From: Prolixibacteraceae bacterium
GTDB taxonomy: Bacteria; Bacteroidota; Bacteroidia; Bacteroidales; Prolixibacteraceae
Direction: 5' to 3'
NCBI GenBank assembly: GCA_018648265.1
Contig: JABGRN010000014.1
Span: 6,436-70,435 of the forward strand
Length of the DNA: 64,000 nt
Shown: positions 1-10,223 of the stretch, in pieces
How positions within the stretch are numbered: the first letter of the stretch is position 1
Layout: the number at the start of each line of letters is the position of its first letter
Translations under genes and position numbers: made by a program
Notes under the pieces: generated by a model
Told to the model about the DNA's origin: nothing
Database searches by the model: none
Seen by the model: only the letters and a program-made list of their open reading frames with translations

Positions 1-1446
1 TTCCAACAATGTTTTTAACTCTTCAACAACATCCTGATTTTTCAGATAAACATTTGTCGTTTCAGCAAAATCGTTTGCTAAATTGTAGAGTTGGATTGAA
101 TCCTCCGGAATCTCCTCTTTAATCTGTCCAAAACCACCGTGCCCTTTTGCGTCAATGTATTTCCAATCGCCTTTTCTTATCGAAAAATCGCCATTTAATG
201 AATGATGGATTGTTGCTTCGCGAAGTGGCTTTTTGTAACCTTCATTTTTAAGGATCGGCAAAAAACTATAACTGTCGTGTGCTTCATTTAATGTCATTTC
301 GTGACCTAATAAGTTGGCAACTGTTGCATATAAATCGGTTGTGCAAATTATTTCATTTGAAACAGAATTTGCTTCAACCTGTTTTGGCCATGAGACAATA
401 AACGGAACACGGTGCCCACCTTCGTAGGAATGCGATTTCCGACCTTTAAAACCATTGCTGGTGTTGTGTTCGAATTCAATTTCCTGTTGAATTGGAAATC
501 CGTGCGGCGAACATCCATTGTCGGAAGTGAGAATTATAATTGTGTTTTCGTACAACCCTTTTTCTTTTAAAGCCTGAACAATTTTTTTAACAGTTGCATC
601 GCATTCAACAACAAAATCGCCGTATTCTCCTGCCTTGCTTTTTCCAATAAATTCATCGTTGGGAACAACCGGAGTGTGTGGTGCAGCCCACGGGAAATAT
701 AAAAAAAATGGTTTCCCCGGTTTTTGCTGATTTATAAAATCAACCGCTTTCTCAGTAAAATCGGGCATTACATTTTTTGCTTTGAATCCGGGAACAGTTA
801 ATCCTGTTCTACCACCTTCGTTTGTAATTTCTGTGGGAATTCCTTGCGGAAACTGGTTCTCGACATACAAATATGGAGGCATGTCTAAAGAAGCAGGGAT
901 TCCAAAAAAGTAATCGAAGCCAACTGAGTTTGGCCCAAATAAAATGGGTTTTGAATAATCGATTTTTGAATTGTCTTGCTGCCAATTGTCGGTAAGTTCA
1001 ACATTTGGTTCAAGAGTTTGCCAGTTTAAACCCAAATGCCATTTTCCGATAACGGCTGTGTTATAACCATTTTTTCGTAAAAGTGATGCAACTGTTGCTT
1101 CGCCTTTATTAATCAGGGTAGGGGAGCTACCCCACAAAACACCCGATTTTAACCGGGTCCTGAATGCGTAGGTTCCTGTCAAAATTCCGTAGCGGGTTGG
1201 AGTGCAAACAGCTGAATTTGTATGTGCATCTGTAAACATCATCCCATCTTTTGCCAAGGCATCCATTGCCGGAGTAGGGATTTTCGATTCAGGATTATAA
1301 CAACCCAAATCTCCAATTCCCATATCGTCGGCGAGTAAATAAACAATGTTTGGCCGGTCTGGTTTTACAAATTTTTTGTCCTCACAACTTGAAAAGAAAA
1401 TATTTGCGAATATTACAGCAAATGGAATGATGTATTTCTTTTTCAT
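1..1446 (-). CDS. Sulfatase (Cys-type formylglycine enzyme); C-terminus runs off the window edge
   Basis: This gene is absent from the ORF track because it has no in-window stop. My translation from the ATG (complement of 1444-1446) gives MKKKYIIPFAVIFANIFFSSCEDKKFVKPDRPNIVYLLADDMGIGDLGCYNPESK...TNSAVCTPTRYGILTG. That is a lipoprotein-like signal followed by the sulfatase CxPxR signature. Confidence 0.8.
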   Translation of the reverse strand, partial: MKKKYIIPFAVIFANIFFSSCEDKKFVKPDRPNIVYLLADDMGIGDLGCYNPESKIPTPAMDALAKDGMMFTDAHTNSAVCTPTRYGILTGTYAFRTRLKSGVLWGSSPTLINKGEATVASLLRKNGYNTAVIGKWHLGLNWQTLEPNVELTDNWQQDNSKIDYSKPILFGPNSVGFDYFFGIPASLDMPPYLYVENQFPQGIPTEITNEGGRTGLTVPGFKAKNVMPDFTEKAVDFINQQKPGKPFFLYFPWAAPHTPVVPNDEFIGKSKAGEYGDFVVECDATVKKIVQALKEKGLYENTIIILTSDNGCSPHGFPIQQEIEFEHNTSNGFKGRKSHSYEGGHRVPFIVSWPKQVEANSVSNEIICTTDLYATVANLLGHEMTLNEAHDSYSFLPILKNEGYKKPLREATIHHSLNGDFSIRKGDWKYIDAKGHGGFGQIKEEIPEDSIQLYNLANDFAETTNVYLKNQDVVEELKTLLE

Positions 1447-1511
1447 ATTATTATTATTGTTTCAGGTTGCATGTTTCGAGTTTCAGGTTTAACTAAAAAT
1501 TTATTTTATTT

Positions 1512-1540
1512 CTGAAAACTGCGACTGAAAACTGCGACTG
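1512..1540. repeat. Tandem 13-mer (ctgaaaactgcga x2 plus ctg) in the spacer between two sulfatase genes
   Basis: Direct reading of 1511-1540. Related gtttcaggtt/gtttcgag words occur at 1459-1490. Confidence 0.7.
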
Positions 1541-1548
1541 TTTACTTT

Positions 1549-3072
1549 TTAATATCCTCTTATTTCCATTAATTTGGTTTTCAATTCTTCAACTTTTAGG
1601 GGTTCGGTGAGATAAAGATTATCTTTTTCCTGAGGATCGGTTTTTAAGTTATATAATTGTCCTTGCGGGCCACCCGGTATTGGATCTGGGTTTTTAGGTT
1701 CCGAAAAACCACCCGACCCGAGCCCTTCAATTAACTTCCAGTCACCATCCCGAATTCCGAATTTTCCTTGTCCGGAATGATGAATAACCGGAGCACGATT
1801 ATTTGTTTTTTCAATTTCTTTTAATATCGAAAGAATTGAAAAACTGTCCTCTGGTTTTTCTGTCTTATTTGTTTCAAAAAGATTACGCACAGTATCAAAG
1901 AAATCAGTTAGCGAAATAGTTTGTTTGGAAGTTGTACCTGGCTTAATTCTTCCCGGCCATTTTACCATAAAAGGAATGTGATGCCCACCTTCCCAAACAT
2001 CGCTTTTCATTCCACGGAATGAATAATTGGAGCGGTGATTGAATTTGTCAATAAATTCCGGCCTCCAGTATGCACCATTGTCACTGGTGAAAATTACCAT
2101 TGTATTTTCTTCTAATCCATTATCTTTCAAACTTTGTAAAAGTTGACCTACCTGATTATCTACCATTTGTACAAAATCGCCATATTCATCAACCGTCGAA
2201 GTCCCTTTGAATTCTTCCGTTGGTACCCAGGGTGTGTGAGGTGCATTCATAGGGAAATAGAGGAAGAATGGTTTGTCAGAACCTTTTTGTTTTTCAATAA
2301 ATTCTACTGCTTTGTTTGTAAATGTTGGCAAAACTCCTTCAAAAGTAAAAGATGGTGCCATTTGTCCCTGTCTCCAAAATGCACCAGTTGCATAAATTGG
2401 GGCATTTAAACAATTTCCTTCGGTGTAAGCTGTAGGCGCTTCAACGGCCAGGTTATTTTCCAAATACATGTATGGCTGAAAATCGAGAGAGGCGGGTAAA
2501 ATATACGAATAATCGAATCCGGCTCCCAGCGGACCGCCTTTTGCAGGTTGAGTAAAATCAATCGATTCGTGATCTTTAAATCCACGAAGTGCCTGAGTAA
2601 ATTCAATTCCGGGTTCACCCTGATGATAGGTTCCATCTTTCAATTTAAAATCAACACCCAAATGCCACTTACCGATGCAGGCGGTGGTGTAGTTTTGGTT
2701 TTGTAAATATTTTGCAACTGTTGGTGTTGTTTCTTCAATTAACGAAGGACTGTAACCCAAAAGGACTCCGCTTTTGATTCGGCTCCGCCAGCAGTATTGT
2801 CCGGTTAAAATGCCGTAACGTGTTGGTGTACAAACCGATGAATTGGAATGTGCATCCCTGAAAACCATTCCTTCCTGAGATATTTTATCGATGTTTGGGG
2901 TTCTGATTTTTGAATCAGGATTTAACGAAGAAACATCGCCGTAACCCAAATCATCGGCCAAGATGTAAACAATGTTGGGATGGTCTAATTCCATGTTATT
3001 ATTATTTTCACAGGAATTTAGTATAAGTAGCGAAATTAGGATACTTGCAAATAATAATGTCTGTTTTTTCAT
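1549..3072 (-). CDS. Sulfatase (arylsulfatase family)
   Basis: ORF 1549..3150. I prefer the internal ATG at 3072 (MKKQTLLFASILISLLILNSC), which gives a signal peptide. Supporting motifs are DDLGYGD, SSVCTPTRYGILTG (CxPxR) and GKWHLG. Confidence 0.85.
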   Translation of the reverse strand: MKKQTLLFASILISLLILNSCENNNNMELDHPNIVYILADDLGYGDVSSLNPDSKIRTPNIDKISQEGMVFRDAHSNSSVCTPTRYGILTGQYCWRSRIKSGVLLGYSPSLIEETTPTVAKYLQNQNYTTACIGKWHLGVDFKLKDGTYHQGEPGIEFTQALRGFKDHESIDFTQPAKGGPLGAGFDYSYILPASLDFQPYMYLENNLAVEAPTAYTEGNCLNAPIYATGAFWRQGQMAPSFTFEGVLPTFTNKAVEFIEKQKGSDKPFFLYFPMNAPHTPWVPTEEFKGTSTVDEYGDFVQMVDNQVGQLLQSLKDNGLEENTMVIFTSDNGAYWRPEFIDKFNHRSNYSFRGMKSDVWEGGHHIPFMVKWPGRIKPGTTSKQTISLTDFFDTVRNLFETNKTEKPEDSFSILSILKEIEKTNNRAPVIHHSGQGKFGIRDGDWKLIEGLGSGGFSEPKNPDPIPGGPQGQLYNLKTDPQEKDNLYLTEPLKVEELKTKLMEIRGY

Positions 3073-3289
3073 TTTAGAGTAAGTTTGTTTTAACATCAAA
3101 TTTACAAAAGATAATTTATAGATTTTGTAACAATTAAAATCATATTGCACTTTTTATATTTTTCCACTTCCATTCGTTATTTTTTATTTTCTGTTGCTAT
3201 GCTGTGCAAAAGAAAAATGCCCCTGCAATTGAAAAAAAAAGCCATCCTGAAAAAGATGGCATTCTAAAGATATTATTATTTAATGTGGT

Positions 3290-4153
3290 TTAATACTGAT
3301 GAAATGCATCTGAAATAAACGACAAGACCACTGGCAAAGATTGTCTCCAGTAAGTCCAGTTGTGTGCACCTTCGCGAATACGGAATTCATGAGGAATTCC
3401 ATTTTTACGCATTTCTATGTGAACCAGCGAATTCCCTTCATATAAAAAATCATCGTCGCCACAATCGATAAACCAGCGCACTTGCTTTTTCTGATCATCG
3501 GGCATATTTTTCATCATTTCAGGGACACTGTGCTTTTTGAAATAGGTTTCTATTTCTAACTCGGTGGCATCCTCCATTCCGGCTCTCGATGTGTATCTTT
3601 TCATGTCATCCATATTTAACGGGCCACACGAAGCACTTAATGGACAAGCCGATGAAAAAAGTTCGGGATGCCGAAGTGCAAAAACAAAAGTACCACCGCC
3701 GCCCATCGAAAGTCCGGCAACTGCGCGATACCTTTTTTCGCCTTTTATCCTGTATGTTTCTTCAACAAAAGGCATAAATTCTTCAAAGAAAAAGTCTTCG
3801 TATCGCCAGTCTCCTTTTATATTATTAAAGTAACCACGTTGTCCTGTATTTGCATCTGGCATTACAACAATCATTGCAGTTGCGCTTCCTTCCAGAATTG
3901 CTTTGTCGGCAATGCGTAGTATTTCGCCAAATTGCACCCAGCCGGTTTGATCGTCGCCGGCACCGTGCAAAAGATACAAAACCGGATAACTCCGGTCCGA
4001 TGTTTCGTAATCGGGTGGGAGATAAATGGCATATTTTTTATCCATTTTCAGGATTTCGCTTTTCATCGACAGGTTGTCGAAGACTTTTCCGGTTTGGGCA
4101 AAAGCAATTATCGGCAATAAAAGAATGAGTAGTAAGGAAATTTGCTTTTTCAT
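3290..4153 (-). CDS. Secreted alpha/beta-hydrolase, putative esterase (esterase D / CE1-like)
   Basis: ORF 3290..4243. The likely start is the ATG at 4153 (MKKQISLLLILLLPIIAFAQ), which gives a signal peptide. It has the LLHGAGDD motif and the GLSMGG nucleophile elbow. Confidence 0.7.
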   Translation of the reverse strand: MKKQISLLLILLLPIIAFAQTGKVFDNLSMKSEILKMDKKYAIYLPPDYETSDRSYPVLYLLHGAGDDQTGWVQFGEILRIADKAILEGSATAMIVVMPDANTGQRGYFNNIKGDWRYEDFFFEEFMPFVEETYRIKGEKRYRAVAGLSMGGGGTFVFALRHPELFSSACPLSASCGPLNMDDMKRYTSRAGMEDATELEIETYFKKHSVPEMMKNMPDDQKKQVRWFIDCGDDDFLYEGNSLVHIEMRKNGIPHEFRIREGAHNWTYWRQSLPVVLSFISDAFHQY

Positions 4154-4264
4154 TTTTAGTATAGTTTTTTTGATTTGGTTAAACGTACAAAAAAATGTTG
4201 AAAAAAATGAAACCCTTACTTTCAAATAATGATGAAACACCAAGATTGTTTCAAAAGTAGTTGT

Positions 4265-4498
4265 TCAACAACAATTTTCCCCTACTTGAATTGGGGGACA
4301 AGCAACTGTGCCGAAAGAGCAAAATACACAACAGTCACCTTTTTGTGGTTTTAAAATGGCATGGCACTTTTCGCATTCATAAAAAAAAGTACATGCATTT
4401 TCAGGCATTTTCTCCTCTTTTTGAAAGCCACATTTGGGGCAGGTAATTACAGACTTTAAAATTACCGGACGAATATTGTTAAAATCAAAATCTTTCAT
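4265..4498 (-). CDS. GDCCVxC-domain Cys-rich small protein (metal/metalloid associated)
   Basis: The translation contains CPKCG, CEKCH, GDCCVFCSFG, ACPP and a terminal ENCC. I chose the start at the ATG at 4498 (MKDFDFNN); the track start at 4540 is also possible. It is the last gene of the ars cluster. Confidence 0.6.
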   Translation of the reverse strand: MKDFDFNNIRPVILKSVITCPKCGFQKEEKMPENACTFFYECEKCHAILKPQKGDCCVFCSFGTVACPPIQVGENCC

Positions 4499-4638
4499 GG
4501 CATAAATTCCAGTTATATCTGCAAGATAACATGAAAACAAATATTCTAAATTTATTTTCTGGAATTTTCAAGAATTGAAGTAATCCCCGTTTCTTTTTTG
4601 CACTTTTTATTTTGCTCATCGCGCGAAGCAATTCGTCG

Positions 4639-5670
4639 TTAATATTTCCATCTGTTTGCCAAAGCTACCAACGATAACATAACAGGTACTTCAACCAAAA
4701 CTCCCACAACAGTAACTAAAGCAGCCGTAGATTGTAATCCGAAAAGTGCAATTGCAACGGCAACGGCTAATTCAAAAAAATTACTGGCACCAATCATTGC
4801 GGCAGGCGAATTGATGTTATGTGGTAGTTTTAATTTGCGGCCTCCAAACCAGGCAATAAAAAAGATGAAGTAGGTTTGAATAATCAATGGCACGGCGATT
4901 AACAGGATAATAAGTGGTTTTTCGCTTATATTATTGCCCTGAAATGCAAATAGTAATACCAGTGTAATTAAAAGAGCAAAAATTGAAACTGGTTTAAATT
5001 TTGGAAGAAATTCATTCTTAAACCACTCCTCTCCATTCTTGCGAACAAGCATTTTATGGGTAAAGTAACCAGCTGCCAAAGGAATAACTACAAATAGTAA
5101 AACACTTGCAATCAGTGTGATATACGGAATTTCTATATTTGTTATGCCCAAAAGTAATCCAACAATTGGTACAAAAGCAACCAAAATGATAAGATCGTTT
5201 ACTGAAACCTGCACTAACGTGTAATTGGGATCGCCATCGGTTAAATAGCTCCACACAAAAACCATTGCGGTACAGGGAGCTGCTCCTAACAAAATAGCGC
5301 CGGCAATATATTCACCTGCAAGTTCAGGAGATATGATTGCTGAATAAATTTTTGAAAAGAATATCCAGGCAAAAAAGGCCATTGTAAAAGGCTTAATTAG
5401 CCAGTTAATCACCAAAGTAAGTACAAGTCCTTTTGGACGTTTTCCAATATTTTTGATACTTGAAAAGTCAACTTGCAGCATCATTGGATAAATCATCAGC
5501 CAAACCAAAACAGCTACCGGGATATTTACTCCAAAAAACTCTAACCTGCTCAAAAATTGAACACTATCACCAGCAAAATTTCCGATAAGGATTCCGGTTG
5601 CAATACAAAGTGCAACCCATAAACTCAGGTATTTCTCAAAGAAACCTATTTGTCTCCTTTGCTGTTTCAT
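4639..5670 (-). CDS. acr3: Arsenite efflux transporter, ACR3 family
   Basis: A 343-aa polytopic membrane protein with the ACR3 hallmark [14 protein letters not shown]. Its start overlaps the arsM stop by 1 nt (TAATG). Confidence 0.9.
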   Translation of the reverse strand: MKQQRRQIGFFEKYLSLWVALCIATGILIGNFAGDSVQFLSRLEFFGVNIPVAVLVWLMIYPMMLQVDFSSIKNIGKRPKGLVLTLVINWLIKPFTMAFFAWIFFSKIYSAIISPELAGEYIAGAILLGAAPCTAMVFVWSYLTDGDPNYTLVQVSVNDLIILVAFVPIVGLLLGITNIEIPYITLIASVLLFVVIPLAAGYFTHKMLVRKNGEEWFKNEFLPKFKPVSIFALLITLVLLFAFQGNNISEKPLIILLIAVPLIIQTYFIFFIAWFGGRKLKLPHNINSPAAMIGASNFFELAVAVAIALFGLQSTAALVTVVGVLVEVPVMLSLVALANRWKY

Positions 5671-6476
5671 TAAATTGATTTGTTTGCTGTAACAGTAATA
5701 CTGTATATCCCAATTTTCGATTTTTTGAAATTATTAAGTTCCTTTTCCGATAGGTAGTTTGTCTTAATATGATCGGGAATTACAATCTTTTTTTCGTTGT
5801 GAATTTTAATTTCAGAAAATCCCTGGTTTTGAATAATTCCCAAATAATCTTCTTTTTGAAGTGCGCCCGAAACACATCCGGCATACATTTCGGCGTCTTC
5901 TTGTAATCCTTTGGGCAGAGTTCCAGAAAGTACAACATCGGAAATGCAGAAATGGCCTGAATGTTTCAATACACGGTAGATCTCACTGAATGCTTTTTCT
6001 TTATCGGGAACTAAGTTCAGCACACAGTTGCTGATAACCACATCAAACAAATTGTCTGGCAGTGGAATATTTTCAATATCACCTTGAACAAATTCTATAT
6101 TTTTAAAATTGGTTTTATTTAGATTTTCGTTGGCTTTTTCCATCATCTCAACTGTAAAATCCAGCCCTGTAACTTTTCCGTTTTTCCCGACAATCGAACG
6201 TGCAATGAAACAGTCGTTTCCTGCGCCACTTCCCAAATCCAATACATTGTCGGCAAGTTCTATTCCTGCAAATTTTGTTGGGATCCCACATCCTAATTGA
6301 AGGTCGGCATCGGGATTGTAGCCTTTGATTTTAGAGTAATCGTCGTTAAAAACTGTGTAATCGGTACTACTACAGCCTTTTTTTCCACAACAAGAAGATT
6401 GTTCAAGAATTATACTTTGAGAAGCAATTTCCCCGTATTTTTTTCTGACAACAAATTTTAAATCTTCAGCTTTCAT
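5670..6476 (-). CDS. arsM: Arsenite S-adenosylmethionine methyltransferase
   Basis: SAM motif [12 protein letters not shown] and N-terminal Cys cluster SSCCGKKGC. The start at ATG 6476 ([18 protein letters not shown]) forms an ATGA overlap with the arsC stop. The track start at 6512 is less likely. Confidence 0.85.
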   Translation of the reverse strand: MKAEDLKFVVRKKYGEIASQSIILEQSSCCGKKGCSSTDYTVFNDDYSKIKGYNPDADLQLGCGIPTKFAGIELADNVLDLGSGAGNDCFIARSIVGKNGKVTGLDFTVEMMEKANENLNKTNFKNIEFVQGDIENIPLPDNLFDVVISNCVLNLVPDKEKAFSEIYRVLKHSGHFCISDVVLSGTLPKGLQEDAEMYAGCVSGALQKEDYLGIIQNQGFSEIKIHNEKKIVIPDHIKTNYLSEKELNNFKKSKIGIYSITVTANKSI

Positions 6477-6898
6477 AATTGCGCTTTTATTTTTTTCAAA
6501 TACAATTTCCAAAAAGCATCTTTTATTTCATCGCGCACCCGAATGTATTCACTCCAGATAAACTTGTCAGTTCCAACTGCGTGAGAAGGATCATCGAATC
6601 CGATGTGCAAACGATTTTTAACTTTACCAATAAAAGCCGGACATTTTTCGTTCGCTCCACCGCAAACTGTAATTACATAATCCCACTCTTCTTTCAAATA
6701 TTTTTCAACCGAATCGGAAGTATGATTACTAATATCAATTCCAATTTCTTTCATGGCTTTTGCCGCTCCTCTATTCAATTTTCCAGATGCTTCAGTACCG
6801 GCAGAAAAAACTTCAAGATTTTTATCAAAAGATTTTAAAAAACCGTGTGCCATTTGGCTGCGGCACGAATTTCCGGTGCAAAGGATTAGTAGTTTCAT
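6473..6898 (-). CDS. arsC: Arsenate reductase, LMW-PTP (thioredoxin-coupled) type
   Basis: The N-terminal P-loop LILCTGNSCRSQMA (CX5R) and the 141-aa length are typical of this type. Confidence 0.9.
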   Translation of the reverse strand: MKLLILCTGNSCRSQMAHGFLKSFDKNLEVFSAGTEASGKLNRGAAKAMKEIGIDISNHTSDSVEKYLKEEWDYVITVCGGANEKCPAFIGKVKNRLHIGFDDPSHAVGTDKFIWSEYIRVRDEIKDAFWKLYLKKIKAQL

Positions 6899-6931
6899 TC
6901 TAACTAATAGTACAATTAAATTTCAAAAATT

Positions 6932-7303
6932 CTAAACCATAAAAATCGCCTCTTCATACATTTTTTCTACGATTTCCGGTGTTGGTGGTGTTTTCCCTTT
7001 TTCGTATCCCAAATCGGTTAATCTGAAGTGCAGGAATTTTTTTAAGCCATTTTTTTCGAAGGTCTTTTTGCCACAATCCAACTTACAACCATCAATTACC
7101 AGCATATTTGTATCACGCACAGAATCTATCATTTCTTCGATTCCTGCACTCACAAAAGCAAGGCACTTCATCGATCGTGCCTGATTAGCATGAAGTTTTC
7201 GGGCAAGCAAATCGCTGGCAAGTCCTAAATCGGCTGCGCCTGAACAGGCAAAAACAGTACATTTTTCAGGATCGGAACAACTACAGCGAATATTTTTTTC
7301 CAT
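6932..7303 (-). CDS. DGC-domain putative zinc-binding protein
   Basis: VIDGCKLDCG motif plus N-terminal CSCS...C...C cysteines. The assignment to the DGC family is from memory. Confidence 0.6.
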   Translation of the reverse strand: MEKNIRCSCSDPEKCTVFACSGAADLGLASDLLARKLHANQARSMKCLAFVSAGIEEMIDSVRDTNMLVIDGCKLDCGKKTFEKNGLKKFLHFRLTDLGYEKGKTPPTPEIVEKMYEEAIFMV

Positions 7304-7320
7304 CGCGTTAAAATTTTAGG

Positions 7321-8334
7321 TTATATATTGAAAAAGTTAAATAAGAACCCAACCATGGTAATTCCGACAGCAACAACACTAACGAAAATGACGATAAGTT
7401 GCCATTTCAGAACTTTTTTCAGAATGATAATTTCGGGTAATGACAAGCCAATAACCGACATCATAAATGCAAGTGCGGTACCAAGTGTAACTCCCTTTTC
7501 CATTAAAACGCCAACTATGGGGATAATTCCTGCGGCATTTGAATATAACGGAATCCCGGCAATAATAGCCAAAGGAACGGCGTACCAATTTTCATCGCCA
7601 AGCAAATTGGCAAGATAATCGTCGGGAACATAACCGTGCGCCCCGGCTCCAACTGCAATTCCTATTAATATGTAAATCCAGATTTTCCCAACGATTTCTT
7701 TAACAGAATCTAATCCGGCTTCAATCCGATCGTTGAGAGTTATCTTTTCATCAACCAGTCCTGGCTGATTTGATTTAACCTGATAAACCCATTCTTCAAC
7801 GTAACGTTGTAACTTCATTTTTTCTAAAATAAAGCCTGAAATAATTGCAATTGTTAAACCGGTTAACGCGTAAATTACGGCTACTTTCCAACCAAATAAA
7901 CTGGCAAGTAAAATTAAAGCAACTTCGTTAATTAATGGGGCTGCTATTAAAAACGAAAATGTAACCCCAATAGGAATGCCGGCTTCAACAAAACCAAGAA
8001 AAAGCGGAATGGCCGAGCAGGAGCAAAATGGAGTTACAATTCCAAGTCCCGATGCCATTACATTTCCCGCAAAAAGCGATTTACCCTCCAAAGCTTTTCG
8101 GGTTCTTTCGGGCGAAAACCAACTGCGAATAATCCCTACAATAAATACAATTAGAACCAGAAGAAGCATAACTTTTGGCACTTCGTAAATAAAAAACCAA
8201 ATAGATTCGGTTAAATGTTTGCCTTCTTCTAAATTTAAAATATTATAAATCAGAAAATCAGCAATATTTGCCAGGTTCATGTAAAAGGCAATCCAGCCAA
8301 CTAAAAGAGCAATTAACAATATAATTTTTTTCAT
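7321..8334 (-). CDS. Permease, ArsP-like (PF03773-type) putative organoarsenical efflux permease
   Basis: A 337-aa polytopic protein with the vicinal-Cys motif TPFCSCSAIP characteristic of ArsP-type permeases. Confidence 0.7.
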   Translation of the reverse strand: MKKIILLIALLVGWIAFYMNLANIADFLIYNILNLEEGKHLTESIWFFIYEVPKVMLLLVLIVFIVGIIRSWFSPERTRKALEGKSLFAGNVMASGLGIVTPFCSCSAIPLFLGFVEAGIPIGVTFSFLIAAPLINEVALILLASLFGWKVAVIYALTGLTIAIISGFILEKMKLQRYVEEWVYQVKSNQPGLVDEKITLNDRIEAGLDSVKEIVGKIWIYILIGIAVGAGAHGYVPDDYLANLLGDENWYAVPLAIIAGIPLYSNAAGIIPIVGVLMEKGVTLGTALAFMMSVIGLSLPEIIILKKVLKWQLIVIFVSVVAVGITMVGFLFNFFNI

Positions 8335-8421
8335 TCTATAATTTCATGTCATTTCGAACGAAGAAATAGATCTGTCTATTTAAAAATGATTTCTATTTCA
8401 ATCATCAGCTGAAATGACAGC

Positions 8422-9141
8422 TTAAATATTTAATAAACCACTAAAATAAATTACAACTACATAATAAATCCCAACACCGATAAACAGTACTGCAATTACA
8501 CGCCGCATCCAAAATTCAACCTTTTTTAAAACGTTATAAAATTTGCTTATTCCTGAAATGGTAAATGCAAGTAACCAGGCAATTATAATTACCGGAATTC
8601 CGGTTGCAAATGCATAAACAACCGGTAGTATTAATCCTTTTGCACTGCCAATCGACATCGGAATTAACATCCCGAAATAAAGCACCCCGCTATACGGGCA
8701 AAACGCCAGTGCAAACACAACTCCAAGTAGCAAAACATTCCAGAAATTCCACTTTCCCTTTTCTTCTAATTTTTTAGAGAAAAGGTTTAATCCCGGAAAA
8801 TTTATTTTAACTATTCCCAGCATAAAAATACCAACAACAATAAGAAGTGGACCTAATATTTTTTCGCCATGCAGCTGAAAAAATGAGGATAATTTGAATT
8901 GGTCGGCACCAATAAAAAACAGAATTGCAAGTATGGAGTACGACAAAGCCCTGCCAAGGGTGTAAATTAATCCATTATAAAATACCCGTTTTTTAACTTC
9001 GAGGTCTTTTCCTATGTATCCAATTGCGGTGATGTTCGTTGCCATTGGGCAAGGACTAATTGCCGTTAAAAGTCCTAAAAAGAAAGCCGATAAAATTGGA
9101 ATATTCGTGTTTTCGTATAGCCCGGTTAAAAATTGTTCCAT
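8422..9141 (-). CDS. CcdA/DsbD-like transmembrane thiol-disulfide electron transporter (ArsG-family naming in recent annotation, from memory)
   Basis: A 239-aa protein with about 6 TM helices and the SPCPMATN motif in the first helix. Confidence 0.6.
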   Translation of the reverse strand: MEQFLTGLYENTNIPILSAFFLGLLTAISPCPMATNITAIGYIGKDLEVKKRVFYNGLIYTLGRALSYSILAILFFIGADQFKLSSFFQLHGEKILGPLLIVVGIFMLGIVKINFPGLNLFSKKLEEKGKWNFWNVLLLGVVFALAFCPYSGVLYFGMLIPMSIGSAKGLILPVVYAFATGIPVIIIAWLLAFTISGISKFYNVLKKVEFWMRRVIAVLFIGVGIYYVVVIYFSGLLNI

Positions 9142-9150
9142 CTTACAATT

Positions 9151-9561
9151 TTATTCGCCCAATGCATCACGCAATGCCTGCCTGAGTTTTTCGGGTTGTC
9201 CAAGACCATACATAAAACCTTTGCTTGTTAAATCAATTTTTTCTTCGCCTTTTACTACTATTAGTGCAGATCCGGTTACCCCTAATTCTTCTGTTAGCTT
9301 TTTATTGGCGGCATTTTCGGCGTTGTACGATTTAAAAACAAGTTCCCCATTTTCCAATTCTTCAGAAAAGGGTTTCTCTTTTAATACTTTTTTGGTTTCC
9401 TTTTCAATGGCCATGCAAGTCGGGCATCGGCGCGTATTGTGGAAATAATAAACTTTTGTTTTTTCACCTTCAACTTTCGATATTGCAAATGTTTCTACAT
9501 TTCCGGCAAAAACAAATCCCAGCACAAACAAGGTTAAGATTAATGATTTTAAAGTTTTCAT
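9151..9561 (-). CDS. Secreted thioredoxin-like CxxC protein (ArsF-family naming in recent annotation, from memory)
   Basis: Signal peptide MKTLKSLILTLFVLGFVFA, then YYFHNTRRCPTCMAIE (CPTC redox motif). Confidence 0.55.
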   Translation of the reverse strand: MKTLKSLILTLFVLGFVFAGNVETFAISKVEGEKTKVYYFHNTRRCPTCMAIEKETKKVLKEKPFSEELENGELVFKSYNAENAANKKLTEELGVTGSALIVVKGEEKIDLTSKGFMYGLGQPEKLRQALRDALGE

Positions 9562-9626
9562 TTTATTTTTTTTTGATTCGTATTATTGATTTAAATCTTA
9601 AATCTGGTATATAAAAGCCTGATAAT

Positions 9627-9860
9627 TTATTTAGTTAGAAACTCTATTAATTCATTCGTTTTTGGTAAACGCCCGGTTAAAACTACTTTTCCATCGATTA
9701 CCAGGCCGGGGGTGCGCATTACACCAAATTGCATGATTTTATAAATGTCTTCTATTTTTTCTATGGTTGCATCCAAACCTAATTCATTAACCGTATTTTC
9801 AGTTAATTTCTCAAGTTTTTTGCATTTTACACAACCTGTTCCTAATACTTTTATTTCCAT
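9627..9860 (-). CDS. Small thioredoxin-fold protein (TM0996/MTH895 glutaredoxin-like family)
   Basis: A 77-aa protein, MEIKVLGTGCVKCKKLE, with a CxxC motif near the N-terminus. Confidence 0.7.
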   Translation of the reverse strand: MEIKVLGTGCVKCKKLEKLTENTVNELGLDATIEKIEDIYKIMQFGVMRTPGLVIDGKVVLTGRLPKTNELIEFLTK

Positions 9861-9875
9861 TTCAAATTTTTTAAT

Positions 9876-9904
9876 TTGTTCGTAGTTCGCAAAATGGCGA
9901 ACAG
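9876..9904 (-). promoter_or_regulatory. Operator-like inverted repeat, copy 2 (tttgttcgtaGTTCGCaaaatgGCGAACag) between arsR and the downstream ars genes
   Basis: A 6-bp perfect inverted repeat. About 75 percent of positions match the element at 10224-10257. Confidence 0.45.
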
Positions 9905-9918
9905 TTATTATAAATTTT

Positions 9919-10215
9919 TTAAACTCCTAAAAATTGTTTGAATAAACTTTGTGCATCTTCCCAATTTTCCCTGTTGATACAATATTTTATTCTTGGCGAT
10001 TCAATTTCACCTTGAATTAAACCAGCATCTTTTAATTCTTTTAAATGCTGTGAAAGAGTACTTTTTGCGATTGGAAGTTCTTCGCTTAAATCGCCACTGT
10101 AACAACATGCTTGTTTCGAAAGTAATTCCAAAACATACATCCGAACCGGATGTCCCATAGCTTTTGCATAACGCGCTATTTTTTGCTGTTCGTCTTTAAT
10201 TGCTTTTTTTTCCAT
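9919..10215 (-). CDS. arsR: ArsR/SmtB-family metalloregulatory repressor
   Basis: The wHTH region reads AKAMGHPVRMYVLELLSKQACCYSGDLSEELPIAKSTLSQHLKELKDAGLI, with a vicinal CC. The track start at 10221 is TTG, so I use the ATG at 10215. Confidence 0.85.
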   Translation of the reverse strand: MEKKAIKDEQQKIARYAKAMGHPVRMYVLELLSKQACCYSGDLSEELPIAKSTLSQHLKELKDAGLIQGEIESPRIKYCINRENWEDAQSLFKQFLGV

Positions 10216-10223
10216 CCACAAAG

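Noticed and set aside
2143-2636. Track ORFs 2143..2409 (+) and 2406..2636 (-), which lie inside or overlap the sulfatase gene
   Set aside because: They are antisense or out of frame relative to a well-supported sulfatase CDS. Their composition is low-complexity, Cys/Phe-rich, and they carry no motifs.
3564-4446. A cluster of short plus-strand ORFs (3564..3833, 3589..3777, 3668..3919, 3850..4128, 3932..4120, 4026..4229, 4261..4446)
   Set aside because: All lie antisense to the esterase and GDCCVxC genes. They are typical shadow ORFs of AT-rich DNA.
9014-9448. A 144-aa plus-strand ORF spanning two ars genes
   Set aside because: It is antisense to two motif-supported genes (the CcdA-like and CPTC proteins). 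It crosses their intergenic gap and has no recognisable domain.
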